From positions 1 through 51,429 of the IMG/VR virus record IMGVR_UViG_3300031772_000050: a stretch of 51,429 nucleotides of DNA. One strand, 5' to 3'. A model generated the notes under the pieces. That model saw only the letters and a list, made by a program, of their open reading frames with translations. It did not search any database and was not told the origin of the DNA. The position numbers and the translations under genes were made by a program. The first letter of the stretch is position 1. Every line of letters starts with the position of its first letter. This DNA comes from a virus. Lineage: Duplodnaviria > Caudoviricetes. Below are positions 19,696-27,839 of the stretch, in pieces.

Positions 19696-19723
19696 AGTTT
19701 ACACTATCTATATATTCTGTCTA
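19696..19723 (-). promoter_or_regulatory. Sigma70-like promoter for the terminase operon
   Basis: TAGACA-16 bp-TAAACT. Shares a 23-bp block with the promoter at 25450. Confidence 0.55.
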
Positions 19724-20031
19724 TATATAGACTATAGGTCTTATGGAGTGTATGTAATGGCGGGTCTTGCTTTAGGACTACCCAGATATAACGTAACAAA
19801 TTGAGTAACGGAGTGAAGGAATCCATATCTTTACAGAGACAGTTCTTGCGGTAATGTGATTTACATGCCTTACACCAACGGGTCTTCACACCAATAGTCC
19901 TATAGTAACCCCTATCAAAATATATATCCCTATCGCCGTCCACATAATCTTATCGTTGTTATTTATGTCGGCTTGGTAGGTATCCCATATACACCATAAC
20001 GTCCAAAGTCTACTCTTTAACGTTTCTTTCC

Positions 20032-20226
20032 TCATGCCATCTCCGATCTTTCAAGTTCTGCCAACATCCTCTCGGCGTGCTTAAACTTTATCCAGGCTTG
20101 AGCCGACCGCCAGCAGAACAGGTCTGAGGCGTCAGGCATTATGCTTTTGACATGCTCGGCCACCGGACGTGTGCAGTCGTCGCATACCTCAAACTCGCAG
20201 GGTTTACCGCAGATTATACAGTTCAT
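20032..20226 (-). CDS. Small zinc-finger protein
   Basis: CIICG..CDDC, coupled to the upstream gene. Confidence 0.55.
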   Translation of the reverse strand: MNCIICGKPCEFEVCDDCTRPVAEHVKSIMPDASDLFCWRSAQAWIKFKHAERMLAELERSEMA

Positions 20227-20600
20227 TCCTTCTCCTTATTCATACTCGGACGAGCCTCTTTCCATGTCGGTATGAAGTAACCCTGGTCTTTGAGTTCTTC
20301 TACCGACTTCTCTTTAAGCCTTTTCATGAGTTCGGCATACTCGGGGCTTGTCTTCCACGTTACGCCAGGATAGAGATTTATCCTTATATAGAGTTCTTGA
20401 GGCCCCAACGTCGTTACATCCTCACCCCAACGATTTAATGTAGTTGAAACTACTGGCGTAGACGGTATATTCTCCCCTATCCTATCTTTGTCACCACGTC
20501 GACTATGCGACTGCCGACACTTCATCGAACATAGTTTAGCGTCTATTCTCTTGGCTTCGAAATCATTACCACATGCAATACATTTAGCTATCTGTGACAT
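20223..20600 (-). CDS. Treble-clef zinc-finger putative DNA-binding regulator
   Basis: CIACGNDF....DAKLCSMKCRQ. Start MSQI after AAGGAGG. Confidence 0.65.
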   Translation of the reverse strand: MSQIAKCIACGNDFEAKRIDAKLCSMKCRQSHSRRGDKDRIGENIPSTPVVSTTLNRWGEDVTTLGPQELYIRINLYPGVTWKTSPEYAELMKRLKEKSVEELKDQGYFIPTWKEARPSMNKEKE

Positions 20601-20665
20601 AAACCCTCCTTCTATCTGTGACAAGTATACCATAAATTGTCACACTTGTCAAGCTATCTGTGACA
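20588..20665. promoter_or_regulatory. Three CTATCTGTGACA operator-like repeats around a strong promoter
   Basis: Copies at 20588, 20612 and 20654, plus an 11-bp copy at 20882. Minus-strand TTGACA(20652-20647)-17-TATACT(20629-20624). Confidence 0.75.
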
Positions 20666-21320
20666 GAATTATCAAAATACTTTAGTCGGGGGGTATTCCA
20701 GGGAGGTATAAGTCTTTTTCCTGTATATAGTTGGGGTATCTCTCTATATATATGTAGATGTGCGACGGTATATATATAATCCTCCTATGCCTCCCGGGGG
20801 GTATCGCATTCCTGCCCTTAAAGCCTGTATCCCTACGTACTGTATAGCCTTACGAATAGCTACCTATACCTAAGTATGCGTTATCTGTGACACCTTATTA
20901 TAGTGTTGTCCGTTACGCTAACGACTGTTGTCTGACATCTGTTACGCTAATAAGTCTCCACTCCTCAAGGTCTATGTCCTCAAGTATTGTAGCCTTACGA
21001 CCTGCATATCAAAGTATATTGTTACGCTATATGTACCCGTAGAATCATGGACTTGACCATTATACCCTTGTTTAGAGACTTCGGCCTTACGGCCTGCGGA
21101 AGTGAGGCTTGGGCCTTACGCACTGCGGACCATGCACCCGGCCGGATCCGCCAGTCAAGGCTTAGGCTTGCTATATGGGCTTATAAGATGAGGACTGCGG
21201 GCTTCTACTATACGGAGATATACGGCAAGAAGCCGCCGGCGTGGGTACCTGCTAACACCCTTACAACCGACGGCTTGAAGGTAGGACAACAACGCGGGCT
21301 TAGTGTGGCCCTTGTAAACG

Positions 21321-21791
21321 TTAAGCAACGGCTAACAACCTATCAATAACGGCATGCCCACCCTTGTATAGTTCAGGGTAGACAACAACGCCATCCCCTT
21401 TATTATCCGGATGCGCTAAGACCTTGACTTTGTCAAAATGTGGATTGAGTTGGCCCGCGTCTATTGTTACCCGGACGGTTGACGGCTCCCCTACGAAGTT
21501 ATAACAGGCGTTGCCCCTATACATATTATACTCGGTATCGATATGCAAGGGTAGGTCCCATCCTTCGAATACCGCGTCATCAAGGTTAACTATTGGCGCG
21601 TATTGGTAAGACCTCGTCTTTAACGGCAGAACATAAAGTTTACGCTTGCCCCGTGGCTTGAATATTACATCTTGAATAGCCGGATCCAGCTTGTTCGGCT
21701 GGAAGTCGACGACCTCGATTTCCCTTTTATGAGTTAAGGCCATCATACTATCAATATTTACGATGGTATACTTTGTGTTTCGCTTGAACAT
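21321..21791 (-). CDS. Hypothetical early protein
   Basis: MFKRNTK start after AGGAGG SD. Confidence 0.65.
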   Translation of the reverse strand: MFKRNTKYTIVNIDSMMALTHKREIEVVDFQPNKLDPAIQDVIFKPRGKRKLYVLPLKTRSYQYAPIVNLDDAVFEGWDLPLHIDTEYNMYRGNACYNFVGEPSTVRVTIDAGQLNPHFDKVKVLAHPDNKGDGVVVYPELYKGGHAVIDRLLAVA

Positions 21792-21805
21792 GATAAATCC
21801 TCCTG

Positions 21806-21976
21806 TTATATTGCCCATGTTATCTTTCCGCAGGTGTTACCGTTTACATCCCTTACGCTTGACGGCTCTTTACCTTGATATATTTGGCGTGCAACATCCT
21901 CAAGGATACGCGCTATTTCTCCGCGCGCGTCCTCAACAAATGCGTCGCTCTCCGTTTTTATTACAATCGTAAACAT
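21806..21976 (-). CDS. Small early protein (..RDxNGNxxG type)
   Basis: MFTIVIKTESDAF..EIARIL..RDVNGNTCG, AGGAGG SD. Confidence 0.65.
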   Translation of the reverse strand: MFTIVIKTESDAFVEDARGEIARILEDVARQIYQGKEPSSVRDVNGNTCGKITWAI

Positions 21977-22216
21977 GGTATACCCTCCTATTGACCACAC
22001 AATGCCCACAAACACACGATCCACACCCACGCACCAACCGCGATAATGAACATCATCACCGCGTCAATAAATAATCGTCTCATAGTCCGCACCACCTTTT
22101 CAAGAACATTAAATACCTATACGAACACACGCCGGACAATATCCGCATCCTTGCCCACAAAGACAACCTATGGCAACCGCCAAGCAGGTATTCAAGACTT
22201 CGCTTAGTCATATATA

Positions 22217-22399
22217 TCACCTCCCCCGAACGTGTAACTCATGGAACAAGACCCCCAAGAGTTCGTTGACTTCTTCAAGCGTCAATTTAGGCGTACCCAT
22301 AACGGCTATACCGCCCTTGCTTAATCGCTCAAGCGTTATTGTCTTAACTTCTACTGTATGCCCTAAGTTTTCAATAAACTCCGCTTGCATGTTAATCAC
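22217..22399 (-). CDS. Hypothetical protein
   Basis: First ORF after the promoter at 22416. Confidence 0.5.
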   Translation of the reverse strand: MINMQAEFIENLGHTVEVKTITLERLSKGGIAVMGTPKLTLEEVNELLGVLFHELHVRGR

Positions 22400-22415
22400 C
22401 TTCCCTTCACCTATA

Positions 22416-22444
22416 AGTATATACTACAATGTCAATTTAGGCAA
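22416..22444 (-). promoter_or_regulatory. Sigma70-like promoter
   Basis: TTGCCT-17-TATACT, with the -35 overlapping the terminator U-tract. Confidence 0.6.
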
Positions 22445-22480
22445 AAAAGAGGCCGGAAGTAGTAAGGGGCTACCTCCGGC
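22443..22480 (-). terminator. Rho-independent terminator after spoVG
   Basis: GCCGGAGGTAG-CCCCTTA-CTACTTCCGGC followed by CTCTTTTTT. Confidence 0.8.
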
Positions 22481-22514
22481 ACGAGCGACCTTCGCCATTT
22501 CTCGCTCTCTCTCT

Positions 22515-22763
22515 TTACACCTCGTATGCCTGAACGAGTGCGTCCTCAATCTCTTTCTTGATTTCATCCGTCAATGGCTCAAAGGTACTAAACCACTTGC
22601 CGTTCTTGTTTAACTCTGACGGCATGCCGACAAACAAACCTTCCTTGCCTTCTACGACCTTGAACCCTTTGACGACAAAGGCATCGTCAAACTGTAAATC
22701 AGCGAACGCCTTAAGCACACTACTATTCTCTATACGATGTATACGAACAACCTCTATCTTCAT
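22515..22763 (-). CDS. spoVG: SpoVG family nucleic-acid-binding protein
   Basis: LKAFADLQFDDAFVVKGFKVVEGKEGLFVGMPS signature, GGAGG SD. Confidence 0.92.
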   Translation of the reverse strand: MKIEVVRIHRIENSSVLKAFADLQFDDAFVVKGFKVVEGKEGLFVGMPSELNKNGKWFSTFEPLTDEIKKEIEDALVQAYEV

Positions 22764-22780
22764 TTCCCTACCTCCCTTTG

Positions 22781-23431
22781 CTATCCCCATAAGTTTCTAT
22801 CAAGCGACCTGTACCCTATGGTCTCGCTAATGTGTCCGGCCTCGATCGTGGTCTTGTTATCAAGAAGGGCTATCGTGCGTGCGACCTTCAACACTTTGTC
22901 ATATGCCCTTGCCGAAAGACCTATCTCCAATATCGCCATTTTGAGTAATTCCTCGCCCTCTTTATCTACCTCCATCAAGGTAGAAGTATTTGCCGGTGTC
23001 ATGGCCTTGTTTATCCTTGCCTTAATCGTGGCACTATCCTCGCTCGCCTTTTTCTGATTGTACTCTATGCTCGGCACTTCGATATGTATGTCAACCTTGT
23101 CAAGCAACCATGTAGGTATACGTGATAGATACCTTTGTATCTTTGCCGGTGTACAATGGCACTCGACCTTCGGGCTTGTGAAATTACCACAAGGACAAGA
23201 CAACATGGTAACAACAAACATGGTACTCTTACCGACAACCGAACGGCACTTACCAAAATCCTTATAGTCATAAATCATAACCGGCTTATCCGTAAGGGTA
23301 CTGACCCTTCGTGCTATCATGGTCTTACCCGATCCATGCGACCCGATTAACAATACGCTATGCTCTCCGGCAACCGCAACCTCTATACCACGCTTTACAT
23401 GCCATTGACCTTTTACTTCTGACATATTCAT
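22781..23431 (-). CDS. Internally deleted ComM/YifB (Mg-chelatase-like AAA+) homolog
   Basis: EVKGQ..KRGIEVAVAGEHSVLLIGSHGSGKTMIARR, CPCG..CHCTP..IQRYLSRI..LLDKVDI and LSARAYDKVLKVARTIA motifs, in only 216 aa. Confidence 0.85.
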   Translation of the reverse strand: MNMSEVKGQWHVKRGIEVAVAGEHSVLLIGSHGSGKTMIARRVSTLTDKPVMIYDYKDFGKCRSVVGKSTMFVVTMLSCPCGNFTSPKVECHCTPAKIQRYLSRIPTWLLDKVDIHIEVPSIEYNQKKASEDSATIKARINKAMTPANTSTLMEVDKEGEELLKMAILEIGLSARAYDKVLKVARTIALLDNKTTIEAGHISETIGYRSLDRNLWG

Positions 23432-23436
23432 TTTTA

Positions 23437-23691
23437 TTAGACCCCCTTTGTGTTCTTGTCTTGAAAGTATGTCTCTATCAAATGACAGAGCTTTAACGCG
23501 TGCATCTCCGCAAGGGTCAAGGTTACATGATGCTTGTCGGAGACTTCATCCGGCCCCTTACCTGCCGTAATAGTCAAGCGGATCTCCAGCTTACCTATGT
23601 CCTCGACCTCAATATTGAAGTCATCCTCGCTATCTACAAGGATATGCGTACTCGTAAAAAACATCGGCCCCATAACAATCACCCCCTTCAT
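23437..23691 (-). CDS. Hypothetical protein
   Basis: First ORF after the promoter at 23697. Start may be the internal MGPM. Confidence 0.55.
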   Translation of the reverse strand: MKGVIVMGPMFFTSTHILVDSEDDFNIEVEDIGKLEIRLTITAGKGPDEVSDKHHVTLTLAEMHALKLCHLIETYFQDKNTKGV

Positions 23692-23696
23692 CCTAA

Positions 23697-23725
23697 AGTA
23701 TACACTACTCGCCGACTTATGCCAA
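23697..23725 (-). promoter_or_regulatory. Sigma70-like promoter
   Basis: TTGGCA-17-TATACT with GTAGTG directly before the -10. Confidence 0.65.
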
Positions 23726-23796
23726 CTTTGTCCTTACGCCGCCAAGTTCCTTTTCGGCTTCTTGCCTTGCCGTTCCTCGCTCTCTCTCGCTCTCGA

Positions 23797-24423
23797 TTAT
23801 TCCTCCTCTTTGAACCATTGTTCTGCCTCGTTAATCTCGTCTTGCGAAAAGACCTTAGCCAAGAAAGTAAAAGCTAAAGTTTCATCACCAGCCGTCAAGT
23901 CAAGATACTCCTTCTTTGTATCCATGACCTTCTGATGCTTCGTGGCCAATTCTTTACACTTCCACCAATCTTCCCACACACCGTTCAGAACTTTGTCTTG
24001 GGCCTCGCACGCCTTCTTATACTTCTGTTCGGCCTCCTCGTTATAAGACTTGGCCTCCTTGTTCTTAGAGAGGATCGTTTTTAGATTAAAGACGTCCTGC
24101 TTTGAGCAAAGAGTTACTTGCTTTACCTCGCTCTCAATCGGCTCGACATACTTATAGTCACAACCACCGCCGTAATAGTCATATGCTTCCCTGAATGGAT
24201 GTAACGCAAGAAAGTCATGTGCAGCCGTTGCAGTTTCAAAAACAATACCCCCAGCCTCAAAATAAGTCTTACGACTTACCTCTATATTCTCAACCGACCG
24301 TAAGACGGGAGGCAAAACTTTGAGTACGCCCTTCTCCATCAATTCGACATCAAGCATACTCTTTACTTCTTCTTCCGACATCTGACTACGTTCCTTCTCT
24401 GAATAATCCCAATATGTTTTCAT
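23797..24423 (-). CDS. Hypothetical protein
   Basis: 208 aa, AGGAGG SD. Confidence 0.7.
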   Translation of the reverse strand: MKTYWDYSEKERSQMSEEEVKSMLDVELMEKGVLKVLPPVLRSVENIEVSRKTYFEAGGIVFETATAAHDFLALHPFREAYDYYGGGCDYKYVEPIESEVKQVTLCSKQDVFNLKTILSKNKEAKSYNEEAEQKYKKACEAQDKVLNGVWEDWWKCKELATKHQKVMDTKKEYLDLTAGDETLAFTFLAKVFSQDEINEAEQWFKEEE

Positions 24424-24752
24424 TACTTCTTATCCTCCTTCTTTTTGTCGTTCAGGTGCTTCTTGATTAGTTCCCCGACATCGAACGCGTCTCCGGCTAT
24501 ATACCTTTTCGTCGTGCACCCATCGCCTGACGTAAAGATATTGACTACGAATCCATTTTCCACCTTCTCAATATTTGCTTGCTTCACCTTTCACCTCCTT
24601 TTTATACATCTGTGTATCTTTACCCCAACGAGGGTAAGACCTTAATTCCTGCTGTGAAGGTAAAGGTATATAGATAAACCAGCACCCTTGGCAACACAAC
24701 ATTCCTGCTAACAGTAATACACCTATCACTATCCGCATACTATCATCCCCTT

Positions 24753-24974
24753 TCAGAACGTTTCTTGATACGAACAGAAGTCGCACCCCCGGCCTATGTC
24801 ATACGCTTCGTCATGCTCGTCATCGTAGACACGCGCCATTACCAATGCCCGATTACCACATGCGGGGCAGACACTACATATACCGCTTTGATAATGGTGC
24901 GCCCACCCGTCGGGATAGGCAGCCATCGGCAGTAAGTCCTTGATTGCCTCTATATCTGTATTGTATCTCGGCAT
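24753..24974 (-). CDS. Zinc-ribbon protein
   Basis: CPACG..CDFC. Confidence 0.55.
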   Translation of the reverse strand: MPRYNTDIEAIKDLLPMAAYPDGWAHHYQSGICSVCPACGNRALVMARVYDDEHDEAYDIGRGCDFCSYQETF

Positions 24975-25241
24975 TTAATTCTCCCTTGTCTTGGTTTCGC
25001 AACCGGTGCAGATCCAAACTCTTATGCCCCCGGCCTCGTAGTCCTTCGGGCTTTCGGCTATACGAGTGCTATGCTCACGCTTGATTTCCTTACTACAAAA
25101 GTAACACTTCGCGGGCTTGACCTCTTTCGTATTACCTTCGACTATCTTGTCGCACAAAGGACAGTAGTCTAACGACTCGTCCTCGCCCGACTTCTTCTGC
25201 GTTATATCTCCGCTACAATATCCGCAAACTCGTATACTCAT
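24975..25241 (-). CDS. Double zinc-finger protein
   Basis: Four CxxC pairs. Confidence 0.6.
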   Translation of the reverse strand: MSIRVCGYCSGDITQKKSGEDESLDYCPLCDKIVEGNTKEVKPAKCYFCSKEIKREHSTRIAESPKDYEAGGIRVWICTGCETKTREN

Positions 25242-25426
25242 TTCTGACCCTCCTCGTATGCCTTTGAGTGCTTACATTTTCCGTAAACAGAATTGCCAAT
25301 ACAAGTGCATCTTACCTTACTGCCCGACTGGTATAGCAAATAGGTCTTGCCAGGGTCTGATTCCGACCGCACTTCCTTGATTGGGTTCTTAATACCGAAG
25401 TTCTTTAACCGCAAAGTTCTGACCAT
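25238..25426 (-). CDS. SWIM zinc-finger protein
   Basis: VRSESDPGKTY...CTC......CKH motif. Confidence 0.75.
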   Translation of the reverse strand: MVRTLRLKNFGIKNPIKEVRSESDPGKTYLLYQSGSKVRCTCIGNSVYGKCKHSKAYEEGQK

Positions 25427-25449
25427 TATCCTCACCCCTCTTACCATAA

Positions 25450-25478
25450 AGTTTACACTATAATCTCTATAAAGTCAA
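25450..25478 (-). promoter_or_regulatory. Sigma70-like promoter
   Basis: TTGACT-17-TAAACT with ATAGTG before the -10. Confidence 0.65.
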
Positions 25479-25480
25479 GT

Positions 25481-25610
25481 TTCATCTCAGCAACAGTTGT
25501 GGGGATGAGATAAGACGAGAGAGTTACTCCGAGACCGCTCGTTTCACTCTCTCGCTTCTCTGCTCAGGGATGAGGCCGACTGTGGTGGTCGGTGGTAGGA
25601 TTACTACCGC
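25481..25610 (+). ncRNA. Candidate structured antisense RNA
   Basis: Contiguous hairpins in an intergenic gap, with several G-U pairs possible only on the plus strand. Confidence 0.4.
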
Positions 25611-25903
25611 AGAGAATCCCGCTTGGTTCGTCTATACTGCTCTATCGTCACAACTTTATAATCCGGGTATCGCTTCTGAAAGGCCGCCAAACCTATATCA
25701 TGCCGTAGTCTATGATGCCGCGGACACATATCCTTGTGGTAGAGAGGATTATCCCAGTCCGCCCTATCCAGTAGACTGCGTGGCGGATCGTGGTGAGTCG
25801 GGCCGGCATACTCCCGACACGTCCCTATTATGCAAATCTTCGGCGCGTTCACGCTTCTCTGTCTCCAACTTCTCGAAAGCCGTCTGCACGTCTCCACTAT
25901 CAA
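25604..25903 (-). CDS. HNH-like nuclease (HNHc/DUF968-like)
   Basis: CIIGTC..THH..MCPRHHRLRHDIG..AF. True start is probably the GTG of VNAPK. Confidence 0.6.
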   Translation of the reverse strand: MIVETCRRLSRSWRQRSVNAPKICIIGTCREYAGPTHHDPPRSLLDRADWDNPLYHKDMCPRHHRLRHDIGLAAFQKRYPDYKVVTIEQYRRTKRDSLR

Positions 25904-26026
25904 TCCCGCGATGTAGTTTGCTCATAGAGCGTTGCCCCCGGCTGTTAAACTTTCCAGAATATCGGTGTGCACCCCTTTGACGTTGTCTTGGCATTTTTGC
26001 CCTCTAATAGCCCCGTAGCGAGGCTT

Positions 26027-26377
26027 TTATGGTATATCCAGCACTTCCGGTCTTTTAACGTAATCTCGATAGATAACAACCTGCTTCCGCACGCCTGGTG
26101 GCACCTTAAAGGCCGCTATGACCTCTTTTACGCCAGGAGAACAGTAGTTACTCTTAATTTGAGCAAGAAGAAACTCCCCGGGCCTCCATGCCCAAATATC
26201 CCATATAGCAAAGAAGTCGATAGGCCCATAACCCTTATAGGGTCTTCGGGCCGTCTCCACTATCCACGCTTGAGCCTCCAGTAGTCGTCGATAACGGAGT
26301 TGCTGTCGGTTTCCCTTGGCCGTCGCGTTTATCCGCTTCTTGGGGTTCTCCTGGCTTAATATCTGCTTTTGTTTCAC
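26027..26377 (-). CDS. Hjc-like Holliday junction resolvase (PD-(D/E)XK)
   Basis: AKGNRQQ..LLEAQAWIV..DFFAIWDI..LAQIKS. Confidence 0.7.
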   Translation of the reverse strand: MKQKQILSQENPKKRINATAKGNRQQLRYRRLLEAQAWIVETARRPYKGYGPIDFFAIWDIWAWRPGEFLLAQIKSNYCSPGVKEVIAAFKVPPGVRKQVVIYRDYVKRPEVLDIP

Positions 26378-26621
26378 TGGGCGGCAGTCCTTTCAGTTCA
26401 AACGTTACCTTAAACTGCTTCTCTATCTTGCCGAGATACTCGTCTATGTCGGCCAGATACTTTATCTCCTTCTTCTTAAGGGCTTCCAGATACCCTATCC
26501 TTTCCAGGATATTCTCCTTTAACCGCTTGTAGATGGTCGACTTACCCCTTTCCTTTGTAGGAAAGGTCTTTACATCGGTCTTTACCAAAGTACGAAGTTC
26601 CTCACACATAGACAATTTCAT
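26235..26621 (-). CDS. Hypothetical coiled-coil protein
   Basis: 128 aa, GGAGG SD. Confidence 0.55.
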   Translation of the reverse strand: MKLSMCEELRTLVKTDVKTFPTKERGKSTIYKRLKENILERIGYLEALKKKEIKYLADIDEYLGKIEKQFKVTFELKGLPPSETKADIKPGEPQEADKRDGQGKPTATPLSTTTGGSSVDSGDGPKTL

Positions 26622-26833
26622 CGTCTACCTCCCATATTTCCTGAATCCAATCTTTGATTTAAGATAGAGTCCCTCTCCTTTGATAAAGACTCTACTGCTC
26701 CTACCCACTTTACGATTGCCGTAGTTAATTTCTCAATCTCCGTCAGTAATGCTAACACGGCATATGTCGACCCTGACGTAGACTTTGCCTCCGCTATCGC
26801 CTTCTGTATATACTCTTCTTTCGTCATTTCCAT
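26618..26833 (-). CDS. Hypothetical protein
   Basis: 71 aa, coupled. Confidence 0.5.
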   Translation of the reverse strand: MEMTKEEYIQKAIAEAKSTSGSTYAVLALLTEIEKLTTAIVKWVGAVESLSKERDSILNQRLDSGNMGGRR

Positions 26834-27078
26834 GCCCCTTCCCGCAAGTGTTCTCTTGCTTCCTTAAGATTCTTCCGTAAACGCCTTGCCATCGCCTCTG
26901 CCTGAGCTTTTAATCCCCTATCCTCCTCTTCAAGACCATACTCTACCCCTGGCTCGCCATCAGTCATATGTCGCAACGCCAAGAGAACAGTGGTTTCCTC
27001 GGTTGACAAGCCTTCCTTAATCGCCGCTGCCACGATTATAGGATACTCTTCCTTAACGTCTACTGGCCAGATTCTCAT
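26824..27078 (-). CDS. Hypothetical protein
   Basis: 84 aa, ATGA coupling. Confidence 0.55.
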   Translation of the reverse strand: MRIWPVDVKEEYPIIVAAAIKEGLSTEETTVLLALRHMTDGEPGVEYGLEEEDRGLKAQAEAMARRLRKNLKEAREHLREGAWK

Positions 27079-27263
27079 ATTTTCTTCCTCAAAAAGGTTC
27101 TTCTTAGTGAGATATAAAATCCCTCTAAGGACTTAAGGTCTTTTATCTCAGCACACGCCCCATACTGAATACCGTCAATACGCATTACAGCAGAGACATA
27201 ATCTATATCAGGTGGAGTCTTTATATCATCTACTACCTGATTAAGAATTACTCTTCCTTTCAC
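27075..27263 (-). CDS. Hypothetical protein
   Basis: 62 aa, GTGA coupling with groES. Confidence 0.5.
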   Translation of the reverse strand: MKGRVILNQVVDDIKTPPDIDYVSAVMRIDGIQYGACAEIKDLKSLEGFYISLRRTFLRKKI

Positions 27264-27544
27264 TTCATATCTCCTTTCTCCAAGACCATAAATATGTCCC
27301 GTTCTTTAATAATATAATGCACTCCTGACTTCAACTCTACCCGATATGCTCTATCCTTACTAAAGAAAATCCTATCGCCAACTTTGACAGACGTAGGCAC
27401 AAAGGCCGGATAGGCATAGTAGTCCCCAGATCCGACAGCAATAACCTCTCCCGTCTCAGGATACTTTTTTGCCTTGTCCGCTACGAGGACTACGCTTTTT
27501 GTTTCGATTTCTTGAATCAAAACATTGTCGTATAAAAGCTTCAT
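27260..27544 (-). CDS. groES: Co-chaperonin GroES (cpn10)
   Basis: LYDNVLI, GEVIAVGSG, VKVGDRIFFSK and YIIKERDI motifs. Confidence 0.9.
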   Translation of the reverse strand: MKLLYDNVLIQEIETKSVVLVADKAKKYPETGEVIAVGSGDYYAYPAFVPTSVKVGDRIFFSKDRAYRVELKSGVHYIIKERDIFMVLEKGDMK

Positions 27545-27839
27545 ATGTCTTTGCCTCCTTTCTTTTTGCTTCTATTATTGTTTTGGTTATTATGCTCGTC
27601 AGAGCATTACAAATTTGCGTACGGTCTAACTGGTCGTACGCTTCCCTTAACATCTTCTTTGCGTCAGCCATAAGGTTGACGTTGCAGGTATCTATATTCA
27701 CCCTGCCTGTTACGGTATTCGTCGTTACGACAAGGGCCTGAACCTTACCGGCATAGAAGTCCTTACCCAGCTCATGCCGCATCCAGTCCTTTACAAGTTC
27801 GGTAAAATCCCCTTGTACTTCATCGGTAGTCTTGCTCAT
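27456..27839 (-). CDS. Hypothetical protein between groEL and groES
   Basis: 127 aa, GGAGG SD. Confidence 0.6.
   Translation of the reverse strand: MSKTTDEVQGDFTELVKDWMRHELGKDFYAGKVQALVVTTNTVTGRVNIDTCNVNLMADAKKMLREAYDQLDRTQICNALTSIITKTIIEAKRKEAKTYEAFIRQCFDSRNRNKKRSPRSGQGKKVS

Noticed and set aside
21047-21349. Plus-strand 100-aa gene in the non-coding gap
   Set aside because: No SD or motif, it overlaps the repeat tract and opposes every other gene. Not fully excluded.
22781-23431. comM fragment as an attP site
   Set aside because: No integrase was found, and the gene is diverged and internally deleted rather than a host-identical end.
25560-25600. Hammerhead ribozyme
   Set aside because: GATGAG plus a stem resembles the core, but CTGA and the GAAA strand are absent.
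26320-26335. ATA start for the resolvase (INATAKG)
   Set aside because: It fits typical family N-termini, but the SD is poor and an upstream GTG is available.
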